Source: Botryllus schlosseri (taxonomy: Eukaryota). Taken from it: 64,000 bases of DNA. A program made the position numbers and the translations under genes. This document shows, in pieces, positions 26,101 to 36,900 of this stretch (positions are counted from its first letter, which is position 1; the number at the start of each line of letters is the position of its first letter). Below the pieces are notes generated by a model. The model worked only from the letters and a program-made list of their open reading frames with translations. It searched no databases and had not been told where the DNA came from. The stretch is from contig CM119372.1 of NCBI GenBank assembly GCA_051294905.1, forward strand, positions 4,032,001 through 4,096,000, given 5' to 3'.

Positions 26101-29100
26101 AACGAGGGGTGCCCCAGTTTCATCAAGGTCCGGGAGCCTGACAGCCAGAAAAAAGACGCCCCCGAAGAGGTCCAGTCACCCCCTGCCAAACGCCGTAAAA
26201 CTGCCGACGTCTCGAAACCGAAAAAAAGCACCATCGCGCAAGATTTCGTGTTGGGCAAGCCTCTAGGCATGGGAAGGTAAGTGATGTAATCACAGGTTGT
26301 CAGTAGGGTTGTTTAAAAATAACATTTTCTAGTTGGCAGATGTTGCACATCAAATTTGGCAATTCCAACCAACCTGTATATGTGTACATTGTGTAGTTAT
26401 TAGGGTCAAAAATTTTGGAATTTATTTCAAAAAATATGAATTTATTTTCAAATTTTTCTGGCTACCCCATAAAATTGTTACGTTGCCGTAAAACAATGCA
26501 CAACAAATTTGACTCATTTAGAACTTATTGGAGTAAACAATTTTTGAAAAAAATAGGGTTTACCGTACGGTGCGTAATTCGCTTCTACGGGTTGGAAGTG
26601 AGCCAATTCTGTTATGCATCGACTAAGACATAGGTGTTGTAGCAAGCCTGAAAAATCGTGTTTTCATTTCAGCCCCGAACTGACAAGGCTGTGGGAGCTG
26701 TGTCCCGACAATCTGGCCGCTTGCAAGTCAGAGAAAAGAAGCTTTCTACCCACTTTGGAAGGTTTCTTTGCCGAGGGCATCGAGCTGATGGATCCGAAGA
26801 ATATGGTGGAAGAAGAATACATGTCAGTCTACGTTTTTCACGTTTATTTTTTTGTTTGGTTGCTTGTCGATTTGGTCACTGCTACAGACACATACTTGAA
26901 GAGCTTCTTGGAGGTGCACAACTTCAATATACAATTGAAATGTATATTAATATTGAAACGAACCCGAATATTTTCGGCTGACACTCGTCAGGGGTAATCA
27001 TCAGTGGCTAGTAGAAAATTGGAAAAAACATTGTATATCAACAATGGTATCACCAAATATTACGTCACCGGCATGAAATTTTGAATAATTGGGGTGAACA
27101 GATGGCTTGAGCTCAATGTAGGCTACTATTTTTAATGGTACACAACTCCTTCTGTTGGCACAGACTACCTTGTCATATTTTGATTAAAGGCAGTTGTAGA
27201 ATTGTGCAAGCGATCATGCAATTAGCAACGCCTATTCGTCTTTGTTCGCAGGTCTTACAACGATCCAAACTTTCAATGGCGGGCGTTAAGGCTACTGTCG
27301 CAGAGAAGTCCCTTGTTCTTTGCAAGCCAACCTGCGCAAATGCAGTTCAAGGTCGTCTCTCAATACCTCAAGGGAATAATGAAGAAGCTGTCCGAAGAAT
27401 TCCCGGTACGTTACCGTCGATTCTAGTATTCGCATAAGATGCCACTAAGGCAGTGGTACCTAACCGAGGCTCCCCAACCAGTCCCAGGGGTTGGAGCGCC
27501 TGTCTAAAGTACGATTCATAGCCAAATAGCGACCGTTGCGTTGGCACAGCCAGCTGCACTGCATTAGGGTTGGGCACAATGATACTCTAATCTGAAGCGA
27601 GTATTCATTCTAACGGTTCGGGTCTAGTCGTGAGATGGTTTTTTTTCTAGTACTGAAATTATAAGTTCCCTGCCGTTAAGAGTTAATTAATCGACAAAAA
27701 TTATAGTTTCGATTGTATTTTCCTCTGCGGAAGGTTATAAACCTCAATTGGTCGTATCGCAGCATACGAAACATGCATCACAAAGCGACAATTCACCTTT
27801 AATGTGATATAAAACTGGCATGGGGTATTCTTTGTGGTGACATATCAGGTGCATATTTTAACTTCTCCCATCTTTAATACCGTTAAGACTATTGCGGGGC
27901 AAAATCGAGCGCCTGACTGATTTGAGAGTCACTCATAATGATATCATAACGGTATGAATGATGTGGGATGCTTAAATATGTTCCTTTTGTTCGACTGGAC
28001 AGAATATAATGCCATTTATACATCACATAGATTGGCTGATATTTTTCGATCATGCCTATTCAGGCGCGTAGATAAGGAGGAGGCATTGAAATGAAGGGAG
28101 GGGTTTCGATTTTTTTCAAATTTACTAATAGCATCAATTCATCAGGGTTAAGTACATGCGTAAATGACAATTATGCAATCTCCTCGTGTTGACGATTATA
28201 CACGTATGATAAGCTTGTCGACGAGTCCGGAAGTGCAGTTAATTAGCGAGTCCCTGATCTGTTGCGACCAAATACGCGCGCTTATCAATGTCCTAGTTTT
28301 TATGGAATATGTGCTGTAATGATGCCGATTTCAGGTGGTTCAAACCATCCCTCTTTTATAAAGGCTGTATCAGACGAGGCGATGCCGGCGATGTCGGCCG
28401 ATAATTTCTCTACCATCATGTGAGAGATCGTTGCACTTGATTAGTTTCAGAAGGCGTTGACCCGTTGCATTTAAACCTGCTCGGGGATGATTGACATCTG
28501 CGAATCGGTTTTTTGTTGTTGTACAGGTCAGGTACACTGTACTGTGCAACGTACATACTACCGTATTATGATCAGTGATGGGCGGATAGTGATTTCTGAG
28601 AATCCGAATCCATCCGACAGCTCAAAGCTCTGATGAGCAATCCTTCCGAATACCCATGCAAATCCGAAAAATCTTGTCCATAATCCAGAAAATCCGAACA
28701 GAATAAATATTCCGAAGAATCCCAATTGTGCAGCGGAGCTAGATACATTTAGGGCCTAGAGTTGGCTGGTTTATATTTGCTTGGACCTTTGACAAAACAA
28801 CTTTAGAGTGCTACCAGTCCTATAGCAAGGGGTACACTGTCCGTTTTGGTTGTCGAGCTGACGATTTTTTTCTTTCGACTTGAAGTCAAAAGTCACGTCT
28901 GGTCAAAATTATCCGGAAACAAAGTTACAACTAGCCGAAAATATTCGAAACTAATTCTGCAATATGGTTATGATGTCTGTCCAATGTGTTCATGCTGCAA
29001 TGTCTTGTCGAATGAAACCTTCTCTGAACCATGGTAGTATGGTATTTGTAAGGGTAGGTCAAAAAAGTTGAAGGTGGCACGAGTTTTGACTGTCATGATA

Positions 29101-32100
29101 GCTGTAGAAGAATATGCGCGTGCTGATGCTACTCGAAGGTGGTGGGTGCATCCGATTTTGCAACGCCGGCTTATACTGGATAAGTGGAGCGGCTCAATAA
29201 TTTAGTACTACATCGCAGTAATTCGTTTCGCAATGCCTCGCCAGAAGGTCCGTCCCGCAAACGGCTTGAGCAAAAGTGACGCTATTCAAGTCTCGACACT
29301 GGTTTATATATGGATACGCATGAGCGCATCTCTCACTTCTCTCATCGCCGGCGATGTCGCCGAGTTAATTGACACTGTCAATTAAAATCGGCGGCGATTC
29401 GGCCGATGGCAGCGATGATAAAACAAACACTAACGCTCCGCCGACATCGCCTCGTCTGATACAGCCTTAACTCAAGCCTTGACGCACATCTTCTGATGGT
29501 TATGTTTAAGTATTAGCGGAAATCAATTACGCATGTTTGCGGGCATTCTATGTCATTCAGTTTCAGTGTGTCACTCTTTAATCACAATCGCTAATCAGCA
29601 TATACTTAACAGCATTGTCTCCAAGCCATCGGGAGATAGGAGCCAAAGCATGCTAGGCTCAAGACGCGGTAGTTAAACCAGAAATGATATCATTGGTACT
29701 AGGCCTCTTGCAGATGCCATTGTGTAGGCCAGCAATGATACCGCGCGCACCAGGCCAATGCAGATGCGATTGTGTAAGCCATCGATGGTATAGTGCGCAC
29801 CAAGCCTATTGCAGATGCGATTATTCAAGCCAGCGGAACTAGGCTTGTTGGAGACGCGATAAATCAGGCCAACAACGATTGCCGTGCACGCGGCAATCAA
29901 TGGCAATCATCTCAACGGGAAATCGCGTGTCGTTACGTTGTACAGTGCCATGTGCACAGACGAATCTCGCAAATTGGCCACACGCAACACTGATAATACG
30001 ACTTATTGAATTGCAACCGAGTATCTCTTACTACTTGACTCAAATCATTTCTCGATTTCAGCAAAACGCGCCGGAAACGGCGGAGGTCGTGCCCGAGAAC
30101 GGCGAGATCGACAAGAGCATGGAGGAGGAGCCTCCCCGGGACGAGCAGAGGGAAGAGGGAGAAGACATCGACGAAGGAGAGGAGGACGGTGACGATGACG
30201 AAGTCCTGGAAGATGACCAGTTCGATAACGAGGACGCCTTGTTGAACGACGACAGCCAGCAGGAAGACGGTGATTCTGCCGACGAAGGTGAGCGTTTTTA
30301 CGGAAGCGGTTAGTGACGGAGCACTAATTTTTCGCATTACACAAGTAAGCTTTGCCTTACTTCATTAGGTATGATTTTGGACCGCTGCCACTTCTACTCT
30401 ACAATTTTTTCAGCACAACCTATTACTTTTTACAAATAAGTAGTTAGTAGTTTCGGGACAGGTTTGTGTCGCTTTGACGGGCGAAATTGTCAAGACGACT
30501 CGGAGAAATAGACACCAAATGACGGTGGCTGAATATATTTTCGGAAATAATACCGCCATTGCCGATTTTGCATTAGTCAGCTAAGGTGCCTTTGCAATTT
30601 CGATAGAAGTCACCTCGGATTAACTGATAAAGGTATGCGAGCCATCGACCGAGTATACTTTTTTAAAATGCTTACTTCATCACTCGCCATCCCCCCATTT
30701 ACTATTTCCGTTGAAATTATTTTTCGTGGTCTCGGACATGACTTGCAATTTAACCTAGAGTACAAATGCTAGCTTCTCAAACTGCCTGCTGAAACTGTTC
30801 TTGGGACCCGGGTTTCTGTTGATGCTGTTCCGACAAGACTTGGACAATTAGATAATACGCTTATGAGGATAAACTGAAGCTGAACTTGAATTTTTATTGC
30901 ACTTCTTTATTAATTCAATATTCGATTCTAATTTAAAATAAACTGTGTAGCCATGTAATCAAATTTGGAGAGGGTTGAACATTTTCTCGTTGACCAACTC
31001 TGGTACTAACGCGTCCGTCTACATTCAGGACTTCTGGAAGCGACAGTACCGGGCGACTCTCTGTCCAGCGACCAGGTCACTACAATCGCTCAGAAGCTGG
31101 GGAAAGAGTGGGAAAAACTGGCGCCGTTGCTGGGTCTCAACTCGAAAGATATCGCCGAAATCAGAGGGGATTCGGAAGACGTCATTCTCAGGGTAATGAT
31201 GACTGCGACATAAATATGCTAGAGTTGGTCAAAGTCTTCATTTCAGGTGCTGAAGTACATGCAGAATAAACATCATTACTTTGTGTTGTAGGCCGAGTAT
31301 TGCCTGAAAATTCTCAAGCCGAAGTTGATGTAGCCTAAAATCATAGCCACCTGAGCAGTATTGCAGAGACATATTTCAGTGCTCATATGATGTAACAATA
31401 CTTCATTACTGATCACCTCTGTGAAACTATAAATCACTAACCTACGGATAGATACGCGACTCCTGGTGGTTACGCTTGGGCAAGCAGTCGCTCTTATTGC
31501 TGAGCAATCTAAAAGCGGATTAATTGGCAGTGCTAAAGCTGGCGACGCGAGCGCTGGAATTCAATATGTCTGGCCTTAATCGAAAGCACTGATTCCGAAA
31601 ATATAAATTAAAATCTTGTCAGGACAATGGAACCACCCCGAAACAGTCCTTAAAGTCTGAAAACAACAATGGCCAATTTTGTCAAGCGATTGTTCGGAAC
31701 AATGCTGATTTTCAGACGTTGAGGGCTGTTTTGAGGTGGTTCCATCGTCATGACAAGATTTTAATTTGTATTGTTGGAATCAGTGCGACACTAGCTTTGC
31801 ATAAAGACCAGTTTTATTAAATTTTAGCACTCGGGTCTCCATCTATAAGCACTTGAGCACTACCAATTATGCTGCTTCTAGATTGCTCAGCAATGAGAGA
31901 CACTGCTTGACCAGGCGTAACGGCTGGTTTTGCGTATCCATCCGTAGGTTAGTAATCCATAGAAAAACGCTCACATTATGTGACTATTTAGCCTAAAATA
32001 ATGAAAACTGGTAGGTAGAAGTAGTCAAAAATTATAACCACCTTGCGTTAACAGTGTAAAGTGGGCAAAATCTACTCTGAAAAAGTAGAATTACTTCATT

Positions 32101-32514
32101 ACTGACCACCGGTGTAAAAACATTCACCTTCTGGGCCTGAAAACTGTCGAGTGAAAGCAGTCTAAAACAGTCGTTCTGAATCTTTTTGACCTCTCGGTAA
32201 AACTTCAAAACAAGTGTTGCGGGGACGGTGAACCTTCAAGAATCAAAATTAACTCCAAATATACGATTGCGACAAATGTATGCTACCAAAACGTAATGTT
32301 GGAAACTTCATTTAATGCTGCCTTTTTGATATTTATACATCGTTCTATTGAAGTTTAAGCAAGGCAAATCTTGTGTCTTCTGTGTGCCTAGGCCCGCCAG
32401 ACTCTGGTGACATGGCAGGACCGGAAAAAAGAGAACGCCAAACGACCCGCGCTAGTGCAAGCACTGACCAAAGCCGGCATGGAGGACTTGGCAAAAGAAT
32501 TTGGCGGCAATTGA
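17105..32514 (+). CDS. THOC1: THO complex subunit 1, ~748 aa, 16 exons: 17105-17149, 18910-19144, 19916-20053, 20689-20825, 21396-21512, 21571-21680, 23142-23244, 23303-23379, 23881-24015, 24074-24191, 26062-26276, 26673-26822, 27252-27405, 30062-30287, 31029-31192, 32392-32514
   Basis: Motifs [87 protein letters not shown] and WRALRLL. C-terminal death-domain-like segment ([14 protein letters not shown]...LVTWQ). All junctions GT-AG and phase-consistent, total 2247 nt. Exon 1 is the least certain. Confidence 0.95.
18105..18731. mobile_element. Palindromic (foldback) element, P/Galileo-like, 7-bp TSD
   Basis: TIR CATAGTGTCCTATATGGTGTCGACAC with ~250-bp inverted arms. TSD ATTTCAA at 18098-18104 and 18732-18738. 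Splits a copy of the GCCTAGGC retro-repeat. Confidence 0.85.
20088..20660. mobile_element. CAGGGTTGTAA / GACTCGAGTC MITE family copy with duplicated left end
   Basis: CAGGGTTGTAA at 20088, second left end at ~20214, right end TTACGGCCCTG. Confidence 0.7.
22120..22682. mobile_element. CAGGGTTGTAA / GACTCGAGTC MITE family copy
   Basis: Highly similar to 46451-46990. Ends TTACAACCCTG. Confidence 0.8.
24211..24916. mobile_element. CAGGGTTGTAA / GACTCGAGTC MITE family copy with duplicated left end
   Basis: Left ends at 24211 and 24350, right end TTACGACCCTG. Reverse complement of 46451-46990. Confidence 0.8.
25535..26035. repeat. Degenerate ~35-38-bp minisatellite (AATGACTTGACTCGAGTCAAAATTTGCAGTGACTCG)
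   Basis: About a dozen diverged tandem units that share the GACTCGAGTC motif with the MITE family. Confidence 0.8.
26962..26995 (-). ncRNA. Minimal type I hammerhead ribozyme motif (Penelope-type) in a dispersed repeat
   Basis: Minus strand reads ACCC-CUGACGA-G-UGUCAGC-C-GAAA-AUAU-UC-GGGU. This gives stem I ACCC/GGGU, an intact core, a 1-bp stem II, a palindromic AAUAUU stem III and a UUC cleavage triplet. Confidence 0.65.
28362..29467 (+). mobile_element. PIF/Harbinger deletion derivative
   Basis: TIR AGGCTGTATCAGACGAGGCGATG. 3-bp TSD TAA. Internal remnant [16 protein letters not shown] (~29120-29170) resembles the N-terminal RxWVxP motif of Harbinger transposases. Confidence 0.8.
29690..29890. 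repeat. ~50-bp degenerate tandem repeat, about 4 units
   Basis: Repeated AGGCC..TGCAGATGCGATTGTGTAGGCCAGC...GCGCACC units starting at ~29701, 29752, 29802 and 29841. Confidence 0.7.
31427..31962. mobile_element. Old palindromic MITE
   Basis: CTAACCTACGGAT... pairs with ...ATCCGTAGGTTAG. Arms stay complementary to a centre near 31690. No clear TSD. Confidence 0.7.
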
Positions 32515-33915
32515 AATATCTTGGATTTATGCCGTGTTTTTTGATACATTACATAATGACGATCGTCGTGTTCTTGTTGTCTCTGGCTGAATGTGGTGGA
32601 TATTGGAGGCACAATTCATGATGTTCGGTTTTATTTAATTCATTATTAGTTGCGACGCATCTTCTGTTATCAGTACCTTGGCGGATTACAGCGAGCACAG
32701 TTGAACACTTTAGTTCAGTAAGTTCAGAGTCATATATTCTCTCTCTGTACTGGAGCACCGTAGGGTTAGAGTCTAGTTATTGCAGGAGGCATGATGTATA
32801 ACTAGGTAAGGCACAAAGATTTCAGTATTAATTGTAATGGTATGAGTAGAAAAGATGTTTTCATTAATAATATGTATTTCCAATGTGGAAGGCTTGATAC
32901 CTCAGTTGGTCGAAGCACAACATAGTACAAAGCCATGCACGTGATTAGAACCTACATAAGTACAATGAAATAGGGTTATAGAACTGGAATTATTTTCTCT
33001 CTGGTCCCATGAAAGGTACATAGTGGAACTCATCATGTCATCCAGATTCCTATGAGATACTTGGACACTAGACTCGACGGTAATTACTCAATATCGAATC
33101 ACTTAGGTGAGAGTACCTATGTATAACTACGGTTGCCATCGACATGGATCTAGAACTAAGGACAGGCGAAAACTTCGATCACCCTAACTGCAAAATTTGT
33201 GAGCTGATGACTGAATAAATAGTCCAGACTTTCGCCCAGTGCTTATCACGGCCTGATTACCTTAAATAAGACAAATTATAAGTAAAAATCTTTAAAATAT
33301 GGACGGTTTGGCAACTCCAAGTATAACACCTGGTTTGGAAACGCATTTCATAACGGTGCAAATTGTTTTCCAAGCAACCCTATCCACGAACTAGCGGGCT
33401 TACTTTTGGTCGAACATAAGATTCCTGACCAGTTGATAGTTGTGAACCATTAATGATACAGATGCACCATTCTGACAAGGCTTATTTCGTAAAGGTTGTG
33501 GTTTTTACGTGAGCAAGTGTCTGATGATGTAGTACAATACGAAATTGATACATAGAGCAATGAAAAACAAATCTTTGAGGATTCTGTCTCCTGATTTTAC
33601 CCCAATCACTTACGGGGATGGAAGAAATCTGCGGGTAGGATTCAACGTGCTTCAAATACATCAACTGATTGGAGATTGCCCCCAGCGAATAATACTTGAT
33701 GCGGTGAATTGACAAGAAGTGCATGATACAAGGTTAGAAAAATGGCTTTGCGCACAGTGACATGGGAAACGGTACAGCAAAATTAATAAAAGTGATGTCG
33801 GAGTTAAATAGAAACACAGCGAAATCTCAATAGACTAATACTAGATTGAACTTGACGTGAGGCTTCATTAATGCGCTCGATGGGAGCACATGTAGTCTTG
33901 AAGGGGTCTTCCTGG

Positions 33916-36900
33916 TCAAAAGATAACTCCGCTTTCAATATGCAGAGAGTGAAGCTGGTTGGAAACTGACAATCCGTCGTAGACTCCAGGACCTTCATTA
34001 AAGATGTTTTCCTCATCCATATCGTCATCAGTTATTTCCCTGTGCACACGATAAATGAATATGTGAATCGCCGAGGTCACAAAATAGTCGGAGAGGTCAA
34101 AATTGTTTTTCACTCTCAGACTACAAAATGACAGTACAACGATACCGCAATTTTGAAGTCAGCAAATTTAGAGGCAAAATTGCCTCAGTCCATCCCATTT
34201 ATGCTCATGGAATGGGTTTTAACTTGGATGAAATGCATTGATAGACATATGATATTGAAGGTTTTGTAAGAGAGAGAGAGAATCTTTATTCGTATACATT
34301 ACATATCAACGTTACACTACAAAAATGTAACAGTGAAATGCGACATGCAAGGTAGACGGGAGGCTTGACATGACAAAGTCTTCAGAGCCGAGCCACCCAG
34401 GACAGGAGCAATTTTCACAGTTGATAACTAATGAACAAAAAAAAAAATTAACTAACGAACGAAAAGACAAATAAGACACAGTATCATGGACCAATTCGAA
34501 ATACAATGCAAATACAATTTAGCCGTAGTTAGAGATAAGGGAATGAAAACATTGTTTTTTAAATGCACAAGAGTCTAAATTGCGGAGATTAGGTGGCAGC
34601 TTGTTCCAGACATTGACACCAATAAAACTGATCGAATTTTGTACTAGACTGGTAGAGTGGTGTTGCACAGACAGAGACAAGTTAGAAGAAAATCTGGTAT
34701 GATGTTGGTGGGTGACCTATCGATCTCGCTTCCCATGACATGCCGCCCTATTTCTTGTCGCTTTCTTTTTCTATACTATCTTCTTTACTTTCATTCAGTG
34801 TGCATGTCGCCTCTTTACATTGCCTAGGCCAGTGGTTCCCAACCGGGGGGGAATTCCCCCCTTGGGGGGAATTTTGAAATTTTTAGGGGGGAATCTGGCT
34901 TAAATTATTTAGGGGAGATCTGGCTTTGGCATTGTATCGGAAGATACTCTGGGTTCACAAGGTTTTTAGATTTTTATGGTATGGAACTGTTAAGTAGAAA
35001 TTAGTTCTTTACAATTGTATATTTCTTTGGCGGATTTAAAGCTAGGTGTATGTTTAAATGCCTTCCCTATATATTACACCCCCTGATAAAGTGAGGCTCA
35101 CGAGACGATTTCGTTGGGTCCGGACAGCCTCTCGAACCAATTGCTACTAAGCAGGAAAACGTCAAGTCGAATTCAGCACAAGGTCGCTAGTGAAATTGTT
35201 CAACTTTTTAAGCCAACATATGAGCTAACGTGAAAAACATACCGTACCAAATTGATCGATTCAAATCAAGTCAATAGCAACCGGACTTGGTGATTTATTT
35301 TTCGTCAGCGGCTACCCGACCGGTCAAAATCAGTTGAAATTTGACTGTACTTTTCCAAAGTTTAGTGCGGTCTGTATTCGCCATAGTTCGGACATATCTG
35401 AATATGTTTGGCCATTAATTGCTCAGTCAGCAAATGGTTGCGTGTTAAAAAGTACATTTTTTTAGTCACAGGCAACTTTTTCATAGGGGGGAATTTTAGC
35501 TCAAATATTGGCCAAGGGGGGCACGAGACGAAAAAGGTTGGGAACCACTGGCCTAGGCCAAGGTGGGTGTCCGATTCCATAGACAACTCTTAGTCGCTTC
35601 AACATCTTCCTTTCTTTTCGTTGTATCGCATTTTTTGTGGTGTATTGAACTGATGAAATTGCTAATAAACCAATGATGATGATGATGATGGTATCTGAAG
35701 GTATCTTGAACAGATTATCAAAATATAGTGGCAGTTCACCCTGATGATAGCTATGCATAAATTTCATAACCTCAAATTTGAAAATGTCTTCCACTTTCAT
35801 TATTCCAACGCTTCGATACATGCTATTACAATTTTCATATCTAGATTTCCGACAGAGAATTCGTATGGCTCGGTTTTGCAAGACTTGCAATTTCTGCAGA
35901 TGTTTTTTTTGCAGCAGGTCCCCAAACTAGGATCCCATAAATGAGATAGCAGTGAATTAAGGCATAGTAGACTGATCTGAGAGTTTGATGAGGAATTAAA
36001 TTTTTAAGGCGATAGAGAGCCCCGACACCATGCGAGATTTTAGTTTTTATATTGTTGATATGATCAGACCATCCGAGTTTATCATCAATGATAATGCCAA
36101 GATATTTAACAGATTTATGTGTACCAAGACGTGCGTTATTTACTATAATTTCACTTCGATTCGCTTGAGTACGAAACACGAGAGTTTTGGTTTTGAAGGC
36201 ATTGAGCTGAAGTTGGTTAGATGCCATCCATTTTGACACTGTCGATAGCTTAGTGTTAATGTTGTGAAATGCATCAGATAAATTTTGAAGATTGAATAAT
36301 ATATTCCTATTGAATGAATCCGAATATTTTCGGCAGACGCTCGTCAGGGTATAGTAGAGAATTGAAAAGAAAATCGCATATCTACAATCATTTGGTGATA
36401 CGATTGTTGATATGTGATGTGATGCTATTGTCAATTATCTACTAGTTGCAGGTATTTTTTTACAGGAATATATCATTATTCAATTGAACATTGAAGTTCT
36501 GTGCATTCGTGATTCTCTTATTGTAAGATGAGGCCCATTCATGTAAAATGTTATTCATAAGATAAATGAAACAAGTTGGAGTGGTCTTTGAAATCAGACA
36601 CCCACCTTGGCCTAGGCGAAGTAGAGAAGCGACATGCGCACTGAATGAAAAGTAGAGCAATACAAAGCAAATACAAAAGGACAAGCGACAAAATGAGGTG
36701 GCATCAGACGGAATGCGAGACCGGTATGTCAGGTCGTGATCCGGTTAACTTGAGGGCTGACTAGACTGTCCAAATGTCCACGGACATCGGACATATGAGC
36801 ATGCGATACAAAAGCATGCAACATTCAAGCATGTGGGTTAACGGTAGGGTTGGGGTTAATTCTGGGGTTAGGATTTTTATAATAACACGCTCAACTGTCG

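Larger units (their letters stand above)
34270..36300 (-). mobile_element. 5'-truncated LINE (CR1/L2-like RT C-terminus), interrupted by nested insertions
   Basis: Translation KWMASNQLQLNAFKTK, VKYLGIIIDDKLGW, YYALIHCYLIYGILVWG, LQNRAIRI. The frame rejoins across the insert as FKIPSD-THQHHTR...SFIGVNVWNKLP*. 3' end has AATAAA followed by (TC)n. Confidence 0.85.

Noticed and set aside
25446..28650. Other CTGATGA motifs (~25447, ~28630) as hammerheads
   Set aside because: No properly placed GAAA, cleavage triplet or stem I.
33482..33724. 80-aa minus-strand ORF downstream of the uncharacterised gene
   Set aside because: No homology cue or supporting splice pattern. Probably 3' UTR or intergenic.
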